Origin: Lachnospiraceae bacterium
GTDB lineage: Bacteria; Bacillota; Clostridia; Lachnospirales; Lachnospiraceae
Length of the DNA stretch: 64,000 nt
NCBI GenBank assembly: GCA_022647575.1
Contig: JALCKY010000008.1
Coordinates: forward strand, 8,635-72,634
Direction: 5' to 3'
Notes under the pieces: model-generated
The model's input: the letters and a program-made list of their open reading frames with translations, nothing else
Told to the model about the DNA's origin: nothing
The model's database searches: none
Position numbers and translations under genes: made by a program
Shown: piece after piece, positions 8,639-18,982 of the stretch
Layout: every line of letters starts with the position of its first letter
How positions within the stretch are numbered: the first letter of the stretch is position 1

Positions 8639-10414
8639 ATGGATGAAGCAAGAACCGGAATAATCTATGGAATCAACGGACCTGTCATTTATCTGAAGGG
8701 CAATCTGGGCTTCAAGATGAATGAAATGGTCTACGTCGGAAAACAAAGGCTGGTCGGCGAGGTTGTTTCGCTGACTTCCGAAACAACGACGATTCAGGTA
8801 TATGAGGAAACCTCGGGAATGAAACCGGGAGAAACGGTGGAAGCGACAGGCTATGCGCTGTCCGTCACGCTGGGCCCCGGCATCCTCGACAACATCTTCG
8901 ACGGAATCGAGCGTCCGCTTTCCGAAATCGCGAAGAAGTCGGGGAAATACATTTCCCGCGGCGTCTCCGTCAATTCCCTGGATACGGATAAGAAATGGAA
9001 TGTCACAATGAAAATCAAGGCGGGGGACGTGCTCCACGGCGGACAGATTATCTCCGAATGCCAGGAAACGCCTTCCATCGTCCATAAATCATTGGTTCCG
9101 CCGCTTATTGAAAAGGCAACGGTCAAATCCGTTTCCCCGGACGGGGCCTATACAATCACCGAACCGCTCGCCGTCGTCACTCTTCCGGACGGTTCCGAAC
9201 AGAATCTTTACCTGGCCCAGCAGTGGCCGATCCGTGTGCCGCGTCCCACGCTGAACCGTGAGCCGGCTTCCGAGCCTCTGGTCACCGGACAGCGAATCCT
9301 CGATACCCTCTTCCCGATCGCACGCGGCGGCACAGCAGCCATCCCGGGCGGTTTCGGTACCGGCAAGACCATGACGCAGCACTCCATCGCGAAGTTCTCG
9401 AACGCCAACGTCATCGTCTATATCGGCTGCGGCGAACGCGGAAACGAAATGACGGAAGTTCTGGAAGACTTTTCAAAGCTGGAAGATCCGCAGACCGGAA
9501 ACAAGCTGATGGCCCGTACCTCCCTGATTGCCAATACTTCGAATATGCCTGTGGCAGCCCGTGAGGCTTCCATCTACACCGGCATTACGCTTGCGGAATA
9601 CTACCGTGACATGGGCTATGACGTCGCCATCATGGCTGACTCGACTTCCCGCTGGGCAGAAGCTCTCCGTGAGCTTTCCGGACGTATGGAGGAAATGCCG
9701 GCAGAAGAAGGCTTCCCTGCTTATCTTGCTTCCAAGCTTTCCGCGTTCTACGAAAGAGCCGGACAGATGCAGACCTTAAGCGGCTACAACGGCTCCGTTT
9801 CCATCATCGGCGCTGTTTCCCCGCAGGGCGGCGATTTCTCTGAACCTGTCACGATGAACACCAAGCGTTTCGTACGCTGCTTCTGGGGACTGGACAAGGC
9901 ACTGGCTTATGCCCGCCATTATCCGGCCATCAACTGGATGGAGAGCTATTCTGAATATGTCTCCGACCTGGCACCCTGGTATAAGGAAAATGTCGACCGG
10001 AAATTCGTGGATGACCGTATGCAGATCGTTGCGATCCTGCACTCCGAAGACAAGCTGATGGAGACCGTCAAGCTGATCGGCTCCGACGTCCTGCCGGATG
10101 ACCAGAAGCTGACGCTGGAAATCGCCCGCGTAATCCGCCTGGGATTCCTGCAGCAGAATGCCTTCCATCCGGAAGATGAAAACGTACCTCTGAGGAAGCA
10201 GTTCCTCATGATGGAAACGATTCTCTACCTCAATGAGAAAGCGAAAGAACTTGTCACGATGGGCCACCCGATGTCGGTTCTGAAACAGGAAGACATATTC
10301 GAGAAGGTCATCGCGATTAAATACGACGTTCCCAACAGCAAGCTTGAGATGTTCGATGATTATCACAGGATGATCGACGATTTCTACAGCAGGGTCCTGG
10401 AGAAGAACGGTTAA
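8639..10414 (+). CDS. ntpA: V-type ATPase subunit A (catalytic)
   Basis: PGGFGTGKT Walker [21 protein letters not shown]. Confidence 0.98.
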   Translation: MDEARTGIIYGINGPVIYLKGNLGFKMNEMVYVGKQRLVGEVVSLTSETTTIQVYEETSGMKPGETVEATGYALSVTLGPGILDNIFDGIERPLSEIAKKSGKYISRGVSVNSLDTDKKWNVTMKIKAGDVLHGGQIISECQETPSIVHKSLVPPLIEKATVKSVSPDGAYTITEPLAVVTLPDGSEQNLYLAQQWPIRVPRPTLNREPASEPLVTGQRILDTLFPIARGGTAAIPGGFGTGKTMTQHSIAKFSNANVIVYIGCGERGNEMTEVLEDFSKLEDPQTGNKLMARTSLIANTSNMPVAAREASIYTGITLAEYYRDMGYDVAIMADSTSRWAEALRELSGRMEEMPAEEGFPAYLASKLSAFYERAGQMQTLSGYNGSVSIIGAVSPQGGDFSEPVTMNTKRFVRCFWGLDKALAYARHYPAINWMESYSEYVSDLAPWYKENVDRKFVDDRMQIVAILHSEDKLMETVKLIGSDVLPDDQKLTLEIARVIRLGFLQQNAFHPEDENVPLRKQFLMMETILYLNEKAKELVTMGHPMSVLKQEDIFEKVIAIKYDVPNSKLEMFDDYHRMIDDFYSRVLEKNG

Positions 10415-10429
10415 GGAGGGTTGGTTTTC

Positions 10430-11809
10430 ATGTCAATCGAGTATCTTGGATTAAGTCAGATCAACGGCCCGCTCGTAATTCTCGAGGGCGTTAAAGACGC
10501 CTCCTTCGATGAAATCGTGGAATTCACGATCGACGGAAAAACGAAGAAGCTCGGCCGCATCATTGAAGATTATGAAGACAAGGCCGTTATTCAGGTCTTT
10601 GAAGGCACCGAAGGCATGTCCCTGAAGAATACGCATACGCGTCTGACGGGTCATCCGATGGAAATCACTCTGTCTGATGAAATCCTCGGACGCACCTTCG
10701 ACGGAATCGGCCGTCCGATCGACGGTCTCGGACCGATTGAATCGGATGTGAGGCTGGACGTCAACGGCATGCCGCTGAATCCGTGCATGAGGGAATATCC
10801 CCGTAACTACATCAACACCGGCATTTCCGCCATCGACGGACTGACGACTCTGATCAGGGGACAGAAGCTCCCGATTTTCTCGGGCAACGGCCTTCCTCAT
10901 AACGAACTGGCCGCACAGATCGTGCAGCAGGCTTCGCTGGGATCGAATTCCGATGAGAAATTCGCCATCGTCTTCGCAGCGATGGGCGTCAAATACGACG
11001 TCGCGGAATTCTTCCGCCGCACATTTGAAGAAAGCGGCGTTTCCGATCACGTCACGATGTTCCTCAATCTGGCAAATGACCCTGTCGTCGAGCGTCTGAT
11101 CACACCGAAGGTCGCCCTGACAACAGCGGAATATCTGGCATTTGAAAAAGGAATGCACATCCTTGTCATCCTGACCGACATCACCTCCTACTGCGAGGCC
11201 ATGCGTGAGGTTTCTTCCAGCAAGGGCGAGATTCCTTCCAGAAAAGGCTACCCGGGCTATCTGTATTCCGATCTGGCGACTCTTTATGAACGCGCCGGCA
11301 TCGTCGCGGGGCAGAAGGGCTCCGTTACGCAGATCCCGATCCTGACCATGCCGAATGACGATATCACGCACCCGATCCCCGACCTGACCGGCTACATTAC
11401 CGAAGGACAGATCGTTCTGGACCGCAACCTGACCGGACAGGGCATCTACCCGCCGATCGCCGTGCTGCCGTCCCTGTCCCGTCTGATGAAGGACGGCATC
11501 GGCGAGGGCTTTACGCGTGAAGACCATCAGGCTGTCGCGAACCAGCTCTTCTCTTCCTACGCAAAGGTGACAGATGCCAGGTCTCTTGCTTCCGTCATCG
11601 GTGAGGATGAGCTCTCCGACATCGACAAGATGTACCTGAAATTCGGCACGGCTTTTGAAAAAGAGTTCGTCGGCCAGGGACATGAGGAAAACCGTACGGT
11701 CATCCAGACGCTGGATATCGGCTGGAAGATTCTCGGAATCCTTCCGAAGTCCGAACTTGACCGTATTGACACGAAAGTTCTTGATAAATACTACAAGCCG
11801 GCGAAATAA
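10430..11809 (+). CDS. ntpB: V-type ATPase subunit B
   Basis: [37 protein letters not shown]; ATG at 10430 after GGAGGG. Confidence 0.98.
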   Translation: MSIEYLGLSQINGPLVILEGVKDASFDEIVEFTIDGKTKKLGRIIEDYEDKAVIQVFEGTEGMSLKNTHTRLTGHPMEITLSDEILGRTFDGIGRPIDGLGPIESDVRLDVNGMPLNPCMREYPRNYINTGISAIDGLTTLIRGQKLPIFSGNGLPHNELAAQIVQQASLGSNSDEKFAIVFAAMGVKYDVAEFFRRTFEESGVSDHVTMFLNLANDPVVERLITPKVALTTAEYLAFEKGMHILVILTDITSYCEAMREVSSSKGEIPSRKGYPGYLYSDLATLYERAGIVAGQKGSVTQIPILTMPNDDITHPIPDLTGYITEGQIVLDRNLTGQGIYPPIAVLPSLSRLMKDGIGEGFTREDHQAVANQLFSSYAKVTDARSLASVIGEDELSDIDKMYLKFGTAFEKEFVGQGHEENRTVIQTLDIGWKILGILPKSELDRIDTKVLDKYYKPAK

Positions 11810-11838
11810 AGCCGGTTCATTTGCCGGGAGGTGATGTC

Positions 11839-12477
11839 ATGGATCCGAATGCGGTCCCGACCAAAGGCAATTTAATGCGTGCGAAAAACAGCTTTGCCCT
11901 TTCCAGGCAGGGCTATGATCTGATGGATAAAAAGCGCAACATCCTGATCCGCGAGCTGATGCAGCTGATCGATCAGGCCAAAGGCATCCAGGCACAGATC
12001 AATACGACTTTCACGGCGGCTTATCAGTCGCTCCAGAAGGCCAACATGGAAATGGGAATCGACAACGTCCAGGCACTTTCCCTCACGATTCCGGAGGAAA
12101 ACTCCATCGAAATCAAGACACGAAGCATCATGGGCACGGAGATCCCTCTTGTGCGCGCCGATACCGCCGCCAGAAGCCAGAAACCGCCTTATGCCTTTTA
12201 CCATACGAGGACTTCCCTCGACCAGGCGCGTGAGGCCTTTGAGGAGGTCAAGAACCTGACGATCCAGCTTTCCATGGTGGAGATTTCCGCCTACCGGCTG
12301 GCTTCGAACATCCAGAGAACGCAGAAAAGGGCAAACGCCCTGAAGAATATCACGATTCCTCACTATGAAGGCCTGATCAAGGACATTTCCAATGCCCTCG
12401 AGGAAAAGGAACGTGAGGAATTCACAAGGCTGAAAGTCATCAAACGGCAGAAAAAAGAGAAAGAAAAAGCAGGCTGA
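11839..12477 (+). CDS. ntpD: V-type ATPase subunit D
   Basis: PTKGNL, LMDKKR, TQKRANAL, ERE-F-RLK motifs; ATG at 11839 after GGAGGTG. Confidence 0.95.
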   Translation: MDPNAVPTKGNLMRAKNSFALSRQGYDLMDKKRNILIRELMQLIDQAKGIQAQINTTFTAAYQSLQKANMEMGIDNVQALSLTIPEENSIEIKTRSIMGTEIPLVRADTAARSQKPPYAFYHTRTSLDQAREAFEEVKNLTIQLSMVEISAYRLASNIQRTQKRANALKNITIPHYEGLIKDISNALEEKEREEFTRLKVIKRQKKEKEKAG

Positions 12478-12491
12478 GGCCTGCTTTTTTT
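12464..12491 (+). terminator. Rho-independent terminator of the V-ATPase operon
   Basis: aaaaagcagg-ctgagg-cctgcttttt followed by a T run. Confidence 0.8.
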
Positions 12492-12588
12492 ATGAAATGC
12501 CTGATCGAATATTCTGAAAATTGGCAGTTTTTACAAAACAGATGTTCACATTCGATTTGAGCGGTTGACAGTAAAAGCCGCATTTTTC

Positions 12589-12618
12589 TGTGGATAATGT
12601 GGATGATTTCGTGCATAA
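12589..12618. promoter_or_regulatory. DnaA-box-like cluster
   Basis: TGTGGATAA (perfect reverse complement of TTATCCACA) at 12589, TGTGGATGA at 12598 and CGTGCATAA at 12610. Confidence 0.45.
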
Positions 12619-12658
12619 CCCCTTGAAATCAACATTTTTACCTTTTCAAAGTGTCGAT

Positions 12659-12699
12659 AAAAGGCGGTTTCCGCTGTCACATTACGGAAACCGCCTTTT
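12659..12699 (-). terminator. Bidirectional terminator downstream of trxB
   Basis: aaaaggcggtttccg...cggaaaccgcctttt, 15-bp stem. Confidence 0.8.
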
Positions 12700-12735
12700 C
12701 CTTTTTGTGCAAAATTTTGTAAAATCTGCTAAATC

Positions 12736-13648
12736 TCAGTTTCGTATTAAATAATCCTGGACAGAATCGATGCAGTTTGCTCCGTCCGCACAGGCCGTGA
12801 TGATCTGGCGGAGGGTTTTTGTCCGTACATCGCCTGCCGCGAATACGCCGTCAGCCGACGTTCTGCCGTCTTCTCCGGCCATGATGTACCCGCTCGCATC
12901 CATGCTGACCTTGCCCTTGAGAAGCCCCGAATTCGGCAGGATTCCGACGGCAATGAAGACGCCGTCGATATGAAGCACCCTTGTCGAGTCATCCTTTACA
13001 TTATGGCACCTGAGGGCGCCCGTCTGGTTCTCTCCTTCGATTGAATCGACGACGCTGTCCCAGACCATTTCCACATTCGGAAGGGAGAGCATCTTCTCCT
13101 GCAGCGACTTGGCCGCCCGCAGCTCGTGCCTCCTGTGCACGACGTAGACCTTCCGGCATCCCCTTGCCAGGAAAATCGCATCGCCGACGGCAACATCCCC
13201 GCCTCCGACGACCGCGACATCCGATCCCTTGAAGAAGGCTCCGTCGCAGGTTGCGCAGTAGGAAACGCCCATTCCCGCCAGTTCTTCCTCGCCTTTGACG
13301 CCGAGTCTTGCGATGATCTGCTCCCGTCGCGAAAATCAGCGTCTTCGCTTCGTAAGTATTCTGATCCGTCCGGACCGTCTTTGTACTGCCTTCCGGACTG
13401 ATTTCCTGCACGGTCTCCGTCACGAATTTCGCTCCGAGACCTTCTGCCTGCTCTCTCATTTTCAGTCCCAGGTCCATCCCCGAAATACCCGGGCAGCCTG
13501 GATAGTTATCGATCTGATAAGTGTTGACCACCTGTCCGCCGCTGATGAAATTCTGTTCGATCACGATAAAATCAAGCCTTGCCCGTGCCGCATAAATGGC
13601 CGCCGACAGCCCTGCCGGTCCCGAGCCGATAATGATTAAATCCAGCAT
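12736..13648 (-). pseudogene. trxB: Thioredoxin reductase with a +1 frameshift (pseudogene or sequencing error)
   Basis: N-terminal GSGPAG half (ORF 13001-13648) and C-terminal CATC/GGGD/AAGD half (ORF 12736-13272). Removing base 13306 restores ...[26 protein letters not shown], 303 aa. Confidence 0.9.
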
Positions 13649-13695
13649 GGAGTACCTCCGTTTTCTTTGTAAAACTATTATACCATTATGCTATA

Positions 13696-14352
13696 ATGAA
13701 TGCCATGAAGAAACTCCTCTTTCTCGGTGACAGCCTCACCGACTGCTATCACAATTTCGACTCCGACAGCCTGGGCGAAGGATATGTCCGGATGATTGCC
13801 GAATCCCTGCACTACGGCCAGGGAGAAGTCTCCGTGACCAACAAGGGAATCGACGGCTTCACCCTTCCGCTGCTGCTCCGCCTCTGGAAGAACGAATGCA
13901 CCAAAATGCAGCCGGATGCCATTTCCATCCTGATCGGCGTGAACGATGCCGGCGTCATCATGGAAAATGAACCATCTGCCTCCCTGCCCGGTTCTGCCGG
14001 CAGGAATGCCTTCTCTGCCTCCCTTGACGATTTCCGGATCGGTTTCCGGGCACTCATCGAGGAAATCCGGAAGACCTGCTCCTGCCCGGTTTTTGTCCTT
14101 GAACCCTTCATTTTCAGCCGGCCGGCCGAATACGCCGCATGGCGTCCGCTGCTGGCATCGATTTCCGCCATCGAACAGGATGAATCAGACCGCTTCCGTC
14201 TCCGCTTCCTGCCTCTTCAGGAAAAGCTGGATACGGCTGTTTCTGCGCTCGGCTTTGATGAAATCACCCTCGACGGAATCCATCTCACCACCGAAGGACA
14301 CCGCATCCTCGCCGATACCTTCCTCCGTGCGTGGCGAGAATTGACCCCTTAG
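13696..14352 (+). CDS. SGNH/GDSL hydrolase
   Basis: GDSLT block I, G-N-D block III (GVNDA), DGIH block V. Confidence 0.9.
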   Translation: MNAMKKLLFLGDSLTDCYHNFDSDSLGEGYVRMIAESLHYGQGEVSVTNKGIDGFTLPLLLRLWKNECTKMQPDAISILIGVNDAGVIMENEPSASLPGSAGRNAFSASLDDFRIGFRALIEEIRKTCSCPVFVLEPFIFSRPAEYAAWRPLLASISAIEQDESDRFRLRFLPLQEKLDTAVSALGFDEITLDGIHLTTEGHRILADTFLRAWRELTP

Positions 14353-14388
14353 CCCCGATTCCCTTCCCATACCAGCTATCCCTCTGAA

Positions 14389-14610
14389 CGAACGCAGAAT
14401 ATCGATGCGATGCGGCGCGGGTTCCAACTCCAGCCGCAGAGAATCTGTGTTCCGTGTGAGGGCGTCCGAGGAGGCCGGTACACGGCGAGGTACTTTCGAG
14501 CCGATGTACCGCTGCACGACGAGCGAGCGAAAGCGTCCCGAACGCGGAATACAGATGCGATGCGGCACGGGTTCCGATCCCAGCCGCCAAGAATCAATAT
14601 TCTGTGTGAG
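14389..14610. repeat. Structured intergenic element, copy 1: 84-bp core (14458-14541) overlapped at both ends by 72-bp direct repeats
   Basis: Direct repeats 14389-14460 and 14539-14610 (59/72 identical by hand alignment); core is 79/84 identical to the reverse complement of 30757-30840. Confidence 0.85.
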
Positions 14611-14621
14611 CTCCCAATTTC

Positions 14622-14650
14622 TTGTAATTTCCTGTCTTTTTGCGTATAAT
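14622..14650 (+). promoter_or_regulatory. SigA-type promoter for the GGDEF*-ECF-pil operon
   Basis: TTGTAA-17 bp-TATAAT about 50 bp upstream of ATG 14700. Confidence 0.6.
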
Positions 14651-14699
14651 TCATTTGTATACTTAAAAAAATCCGTGCCTCAGCAAGGAGCCATTCCCC

Positions 14700-15392
14700 A
14701 TGAAGAAAATCAGGAACTTCAAGATCATACAGCTCATCCTGATCACCCTGTTTGCCGTCATCGGATATATCCTTATTTTCCGCAGGACCTCACCCGAGAC
14801 CATGCATCAGGATCTGATCCCATTTTCCGTCATGTACTATGTTTTCATCGGTGCCCTGATTATTCTGATTGCCGGCATCTGCATCGATCTTCTGCTCCTT
14901 TCCAAGCTGGAAGTCGAGAAGCAGAGTCTCGACAAGCTTTCCTATCTGGACCCGGTTACCGGAGGTCTGAACCGCACGAGCACCGATATCCTCGCGAAGC
15001 AGTATGAAGCCGACGGCAAAGTCGCAAACGGCGGCTGCTTCATTTTCCACATCACGAACCTGGTTGAAATCAATAAGTCGGCAGGCTACAAGGAAGGCGA
15101 CCGCCTGCTGCGGATGTTTTATTCCCTGCTGGAAATGCAGGTCCGGGACGGAGGCTTCGTCACGAGAAATATACCGGACCGCTTTGTGGTTTATTTCCCG
15201 GATGTCAGCCGCGCTTTCGCGGATGATTTCATAGAAAAGGTCGGCAAGTCCGTCAGCGACTATAACGTGGATGCCTTCGATACGCCGATTGAATACGATT
15301 CTGTCTATTCACTGAACAGCGAAGAAAAGAAAGAGACGATTTCGGAACTGATTGCCTGTACGATTGCAAAATTGAAGCCAGGCAGCATATAA
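14700..15392 (+). CDS. Membrane protein (2 TM) with a degenerate GGDEF domain
   Basis: DPVTGGLNR, INKSAGYKEGDRLL and VTR-NIPDRF in place of R-x-GGDEF. Confidence 0.8.
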   Translation: MKKIRNFKIIQLILITLFAVIGYILIFRRTSPETMHQDLIPFSVMYYVFIGALIILIAGICIDLLLLSKLEVEKQSLDKLSYLDPVTGGLNRTSTDILAKQYEADGKVANGGCFIFHITNLVEINKSAGYKEGDRLLRMFYSLLEMQVRDGGFVTRNIPDRFVVYFPDVSRAFADDFIEKVGKSVSDYNVDAFDTPIEYDSVYSLNSEEKKETISELIACTIAKLKPGSI

Positions 15393-15422
15393 AGCAAACA
15401 AAAGATTCAAGGCAGGCGGCTG

Positions 15423-15992
15423 ATGGAAAAAATCAACCCCGCATATGTAGCCTCACTGGTCAAACGGGCTCAGGAAAATGATTCCGATGCTTTCGCCGAA
15501 CTGTATCTGATGCCTTACAAGCAGCAGTACCTGTTCGCACGGAATTACCTGAGAGACGATTATCTTGCGCAGGACGCAGTCCAGGAAGTCTATATACTTG
15601 CGCTGAAGAACATTCTAAAACTGAAGGAACGAAGAGTCTTTCCGGCCTGGATCCGGCAGATCAATCTGAGGGTCTGCTACGATATGGCACGGAAGCTGAA
15701 GGAGCATCCGGAAGAACAGCAGGATGACGAGGTCATGAACGAAATCGCCGATGAAAACATTTCGAACAACCCGGAAGCCAGCACCATGCGGCTGTTCGAA
15801 AACCAGGACCTGAACAACGCCCTGAATAAACTGCCGCTTGAAGAAAAAGAAGCCCTGCTTTTAAAATATTCCGCAGAAATGAAGTTTGAAGAGATCGCAA
15901 AAACGATGAATGTCAGCGTCAGTACGGTTACACGCTACTTGAACCGGGGCGAACAGCATCTGACAAAGATTATGACGGAAGGAGGGAAATGA
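15423..15992 (+). CDS. ECF RNA polymerase sigma factor
   Basis: AFAELY, AQDAVQEVYI, F-AWIRQI region 2 and EEIAKTMNVSVSTV region 4 HTH. Confidence 0.93.
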   Translation: MEKINPAYVASLVKRAQENDSDAFAELYLMPYKQQYLFARNYLRDDYLAQDAVQEVYILALKNILKLKERRVFPAWIRQINLRVCYDMARKLKEHPEEQQDDEVMNEIADENISNNPEASTMRLFENQDLNNALNKLPLEEKEALLLKYSAEMKFEEIAKTMNVSVSTVTRYLNRGEQHLTKIMTEGGK

Positions 15993-15995
15993 ACC

Positions 15996-16532
15996 ATGAG
16001 CAGGCTGAAAAAAGGAGATGTTGAATTCTCCGATGACTATTCCAAGATTGAGATCCCGACTTCCCTGAAGAACGACGCCCTCAAGAATATCTTTGAGGCA
16101 GCCGGCAAACAGCCCAATACCATTCCCGTCGAGATCCTGGAGCTGAAGGCCCATAAGCAGTCGCACGCGATGCACCTGATCGCGTTCATTTCCGTGTGCC
16201 TGTTTGCCGTCCTTCTCCTTACCGCCGTCCCGGTATTCGTGCGCTCCTGCGGGAGTTCCACCGGCACTGTCCAGAATGTCGATGTCAGCAAACCTGTCCA
16301 TGTCGGCGACTATAAAAACGGCTCCGACCTGGTCATTCAGCTGAGAGACGGCACTTATCCGATCGACTGGACCGGGATCTATGCCCTGACGTCCGACGGA
16401 ACGAAGATCACGCCGACGGCCCTGGATGAAAAAGCCGGCACGGTTACTTTCCCGCTTGATCTGGGAGATCTGAATATCTATATTCCTGATACGAAAGGGA
16501 ATGTGCTGCAGCTCCTTCTCAGCGCAAAATAG
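15996..16532 (+). CDS. Single-TM protein, putative anti-sigma factor
   Basis: Directly downstream of the ECF gene; ~55-aa cytoplasmic N-terminus, one TM, beta-rich extracellular part. Confidence 0.55.
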   Translation: MSRLKKGDVEFSDDYSKIEIPTSLKNDALKNIFEAAGKQPNTIPVEILELKAHKQSHAMHLIAFISVCLFAVLLLTAVPVFVRSCGSSTGTVQNVDVSKPVHVGDYKNGSDLVIQLRDGTYPIDWTGIYALTSDGTKITPTALDEKAGTVTFPLDLGDLNIYIPDTKGNVLQLLLSAK

Positions 16533-16535
16533 CAG

Positions 16536-17513
16536 ATGAACAAACAGCAATTCTTCGTCCGGGTGAGAAGAAGGTTCCTGCTGCCTGCCGCGCTTCTGAT
16601 TTCCGCGGCAGTCTTTTCAGCCTGTTCTTCTTCCGGAAACGGATCTTCCATCCGGGTGCCGGATACCTCCGTCACGGATTCGACCGTGAAGGGAACCCGG
16701 GACAATACGCCGGATGTCCTTATGCCGGAAGCATCGGGCAGCGCCGCGGACGGAACAGACATCGTGACCGTCGACTCCAGCAACATTTCCAAGGGATATC
16801 TCATGGTCCGGTACACGGGAACCGATGAAGATCCGAAAATCCTCATCGCCATGCCGGACGGCAGCAATTATTATTACCATCTCCACAATTCCGGTGAGTA
16901 CGAAACTTTTCCGCTCACCGCCGGAGACGGGACATACACCGTTTCCATCCTGAAAAATATCCAGGCAGACCAGTACGCCCTGGAATTTACGGAAGAACTG
17001 AATGCCGCCATCGCGGATCCCCTGACCCCCTATCTCTATCCGAGCCAGTATGTGGATTTCAATGCGGACTCGAAGGCCGTGGCAAAGGGAGCGGAGCTGG
17101 CCTACACCGCAAATGACGATCTGACGGTCATCGGAAATGTCTACAGCTTCGTGGCCGGCACGGTCACCTACGATTACAGCGAAGCGGAGACGGTCCAGTC
17201 GGACTACACGCCTTCCCCTGACCGGACGCTTTCCAGCTGCAAGGGAATCTGCTTTGACTACGCGGCCCTGATGGCGACGATGCTGCGCTCCCAGAAAATT
17301 CCGACCCGTCTCGAAGTCGGGTACGCAGGCACGGCTTACCATGCCTGGGTTTCCTGCTACGTGGACGAAATCGGCTGGGTCAACGGCATCATCCAGTTCG
17401 ACGGAAAAAACTGGACGATGATGGATCCGACCTTCGCCGCCTCGAAGGGTGAAAAAGGCGTCCAGGATTATATCGGGGACGGCTCGAACTATAAGACGAA
17501 ATATGTTTACTGA
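16536..17513 (+). CDS. Transglutaminase-like domain lipoprotein
   Basis: Lipobox FSAC; GICFDYAAL, YHAWV and MDPT give an intact Cys-His-Asp triad. Confidence 0.9.
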   Translation: MNKQQFFVRVRRRFLLPAALLISAAVFSACSSSGNGSSIRVPDTSVTDSTVKGTRDNTPDVLMPEASGSAADGTDIVTVDSSNISKGYLMVRYTGTDEDPKILIAMPDGSNYYYHLHNSGEYETFPLTAGDGTYTVSILKNIQADQYALEFTEELNAAIADPLTPYLYPSQYVDFNADSKAVAKGAELAYTANDDLTVIGNVYSFVAGTVTYDYSEAETVQSDYTPSPDRTLSSCKGICFDYAALMATMLRSQKIPTRLEVGYAGTAYHAWVSCYVDEIGWVNGIIQFDGKNWTMMDPTFAASKGEKGVQDYIGDGSNYKTKYVY

Positions 17514-17536
17514 TGCATCAGTCATGGAAACCGTAC

Positions 17537-17605
17537 TGCTGCATAAGTCATAGAAAAGGCAATGCTGCATAAATCATAGAATGGCAATGCTGCACAGGTC
17601 ATAAA
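17537..17605. repeat. Degenerate 25-26-bp tandem repeat (~2.7 copies)
   Basis: tgctgcataagtcatagaaaaggcaa / tgctgcataaatcatagaatggcaa / tgctgcacaggtcataaa. Confidence 0.75.
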
Positions 17606-17619
17606 ACAGGAGATGCGCG

Positions 17620-18630
17620 ATGCTCACGAATCTGGAAATGTCTTCATTCTGCGGACAGATGGCGATGGTGCTCAAATCCGGCATTTCCACGCTGGAAGGC
17701 GTGGAAATCATGCGAAATGATGCTGCCACGGACAAGGGCAGGGAACTTCTTGACGGCGTTTATTCAACCCTCGAGAAAACCGGCTCCCTGGCGGATGCCC
17801 TGAAGGACTCCGGGGAATGCCCGGAATATGCCGCCGACATGATCCGGATCGGCGAGCAGTCCGGCAAGCTGGAAAACGTCATGCGCTCCCTTTCCGCCTA
17901 CTACAAGCGGGAGGATGACATCGCCTCCGGAATCAAGAACGCCGTCACCTATCCTCTCATCATGATCCTGATGATGTTCGCCGTGGTAGGCGTCCTGATC
18001 GTCCGCGTGCTCCCGATCTTCAACAGCGTCTATCAGCAGCTGGGGACGGAAATGACGGGAGCTGCCCGGGCACTGCTGACATTTTCCGTAAATTCCGGAA
18101 AATACCTGGCCGGCGTGCTGGCCGTGCTGGCCGTCATTTTCATCATCCTGTTCATTCTGCTCCGCACGAACAGCCGCTTCCGCACAAAATTCCCCCTGAG
18201 CCGCACTCTCTACCGGGAAATCGCCGAAGCGCGCTTTGCCGGCGGCATGGCGCTCACCCTCCAGTCCGGCCTGGACACCGACGAAAGCATGGATCTGGTC
18301 GAGAAGCTGGCGGACCATCCCCTGGTTTCCTCCCGCATCGCGAAATGCAGGGCATTTCTCAAAGACGGATCCGATTTCTCCGAAGCCGTCCGGAAATCGG
18401 AAGTCTTTCCGGCCGTCTATACGCGCATGACGGACATCGGTATGCGTTCCGGCTCCCTCGATGAGGCGATGTCGAACATTTCCGACCTCTACGAAGAAGA
18501 CATCGACGGCAGGATTACGCGCCTGCTGTCGATTCTTGAACCGACGCTCGTCATTATCCTGGCCGTCATCGTGGGCGTGATTCTTCTGTCCGTCATGCTG
18601 CCCCTGATGTCCGTCATGTCGACGCTGTAG
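17620..18630 (+). CDS. pilC: Type II secretion F / PilC-family platform protein
   Basis: QMAMVLKSGI, IGEQSGKLE, VTYP, GMRSGSLDE, LEP; two T2SSF repeats. Confidence 0.9.
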   Translation: MLTNLEMSSFCGQMAMVLKSGISTLEGVEIMRNDAATDKGRELLDGVYSTLEKTGSLADALKDSGECPEYAADMIRIGEQSGKLENVMRSLSAYYKREDDIASGIKNAVTYPLIMILMMFAVVGVLIVRVLPIFNSVYQQLGTEMTGAARALLTFSVNSGKYLAGVLAVLAVIFIILFILLRTNSRFRTKFPLSRTLYREIAEARFAGGMALTLQSGLDTDESMDLVEKLADHPLVSSRIAKCRAFLKDGSDFSEAVRKSEVFPAVYTRMTDIGMRSGSLDEAMSNISDLYEEDIDGRITRLLSILEPTLVIILAVIVGVILLSVMLPLMSVMSTL

Positions 18631-18643
18631 GAAAGGACGTAAA

Positions 18644-18982
18644 ATGAACCGCTTTACAGGCAGGCATTCCTCGCATCTCCTCCGTACCGTTCTTCTGTCC
18701 GCCGCCGGCTTTGCCACCGCGATGGTCCTTTTTCTGTACGGTCTGGGAAATGCCGGTGCCTCTTCCTCGAAACAGCAGATGGAAAGCCTGACTGCCGCCA
18801 TTAACCGCGACGTCATCCACTGCTACGCAACGGAAGGCGTCTATCCGGAAAGCCTTGACTGGATTGAGAAGCATTACGGCCTGACCTATGACAGCAGCCG
18901 CTTCTACGTCGACTATCAGCCCGTCGCCAAAAACATCATGCCGGAAATCACGGTCATCGATCTGAAGGGAGGCACCTCATGA
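18644..18982 (+). CDS. Pilin-like hypothetical (N-terminal TM)
   Basis: 112 aa; CYATEGVYPESL motif; follows pilC. Confidence 0.65.
   Translation: MNRFTGRHSSHLLRTVLLSAAGFATAMVLFLYGLGNAGASSSKQQMESLTAAINRDVIHCYATEGVYPESLDWIEKHYGLTYDSSRFYVDYQPVAKNIMPEITVIDLKGGTS

Noticed and set aside
13001-13648. Programmed frameshift or two separate genes for trxB
   Set aside because: No slippery sequence or stimulatory structure at 13306; the post-shift N-terminal ORF tail is nonsense-like. A simple indel explains it.
14389-14610. Possible CRISPR array (repeat-spacer-repeat)
   Set aside because: Only two 72-bp repeats, 13 mismatches, the 'spacer' is itself a repeat family, and no cas genes are present.
14185-14654. 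Short ORFs across the repeat element (also 30617-31025 and 28055-28445)
   Set aside because: They coincide with palindromic repeats, lack RBS and are Arg/Ala-rich translations of GC-rich stems.
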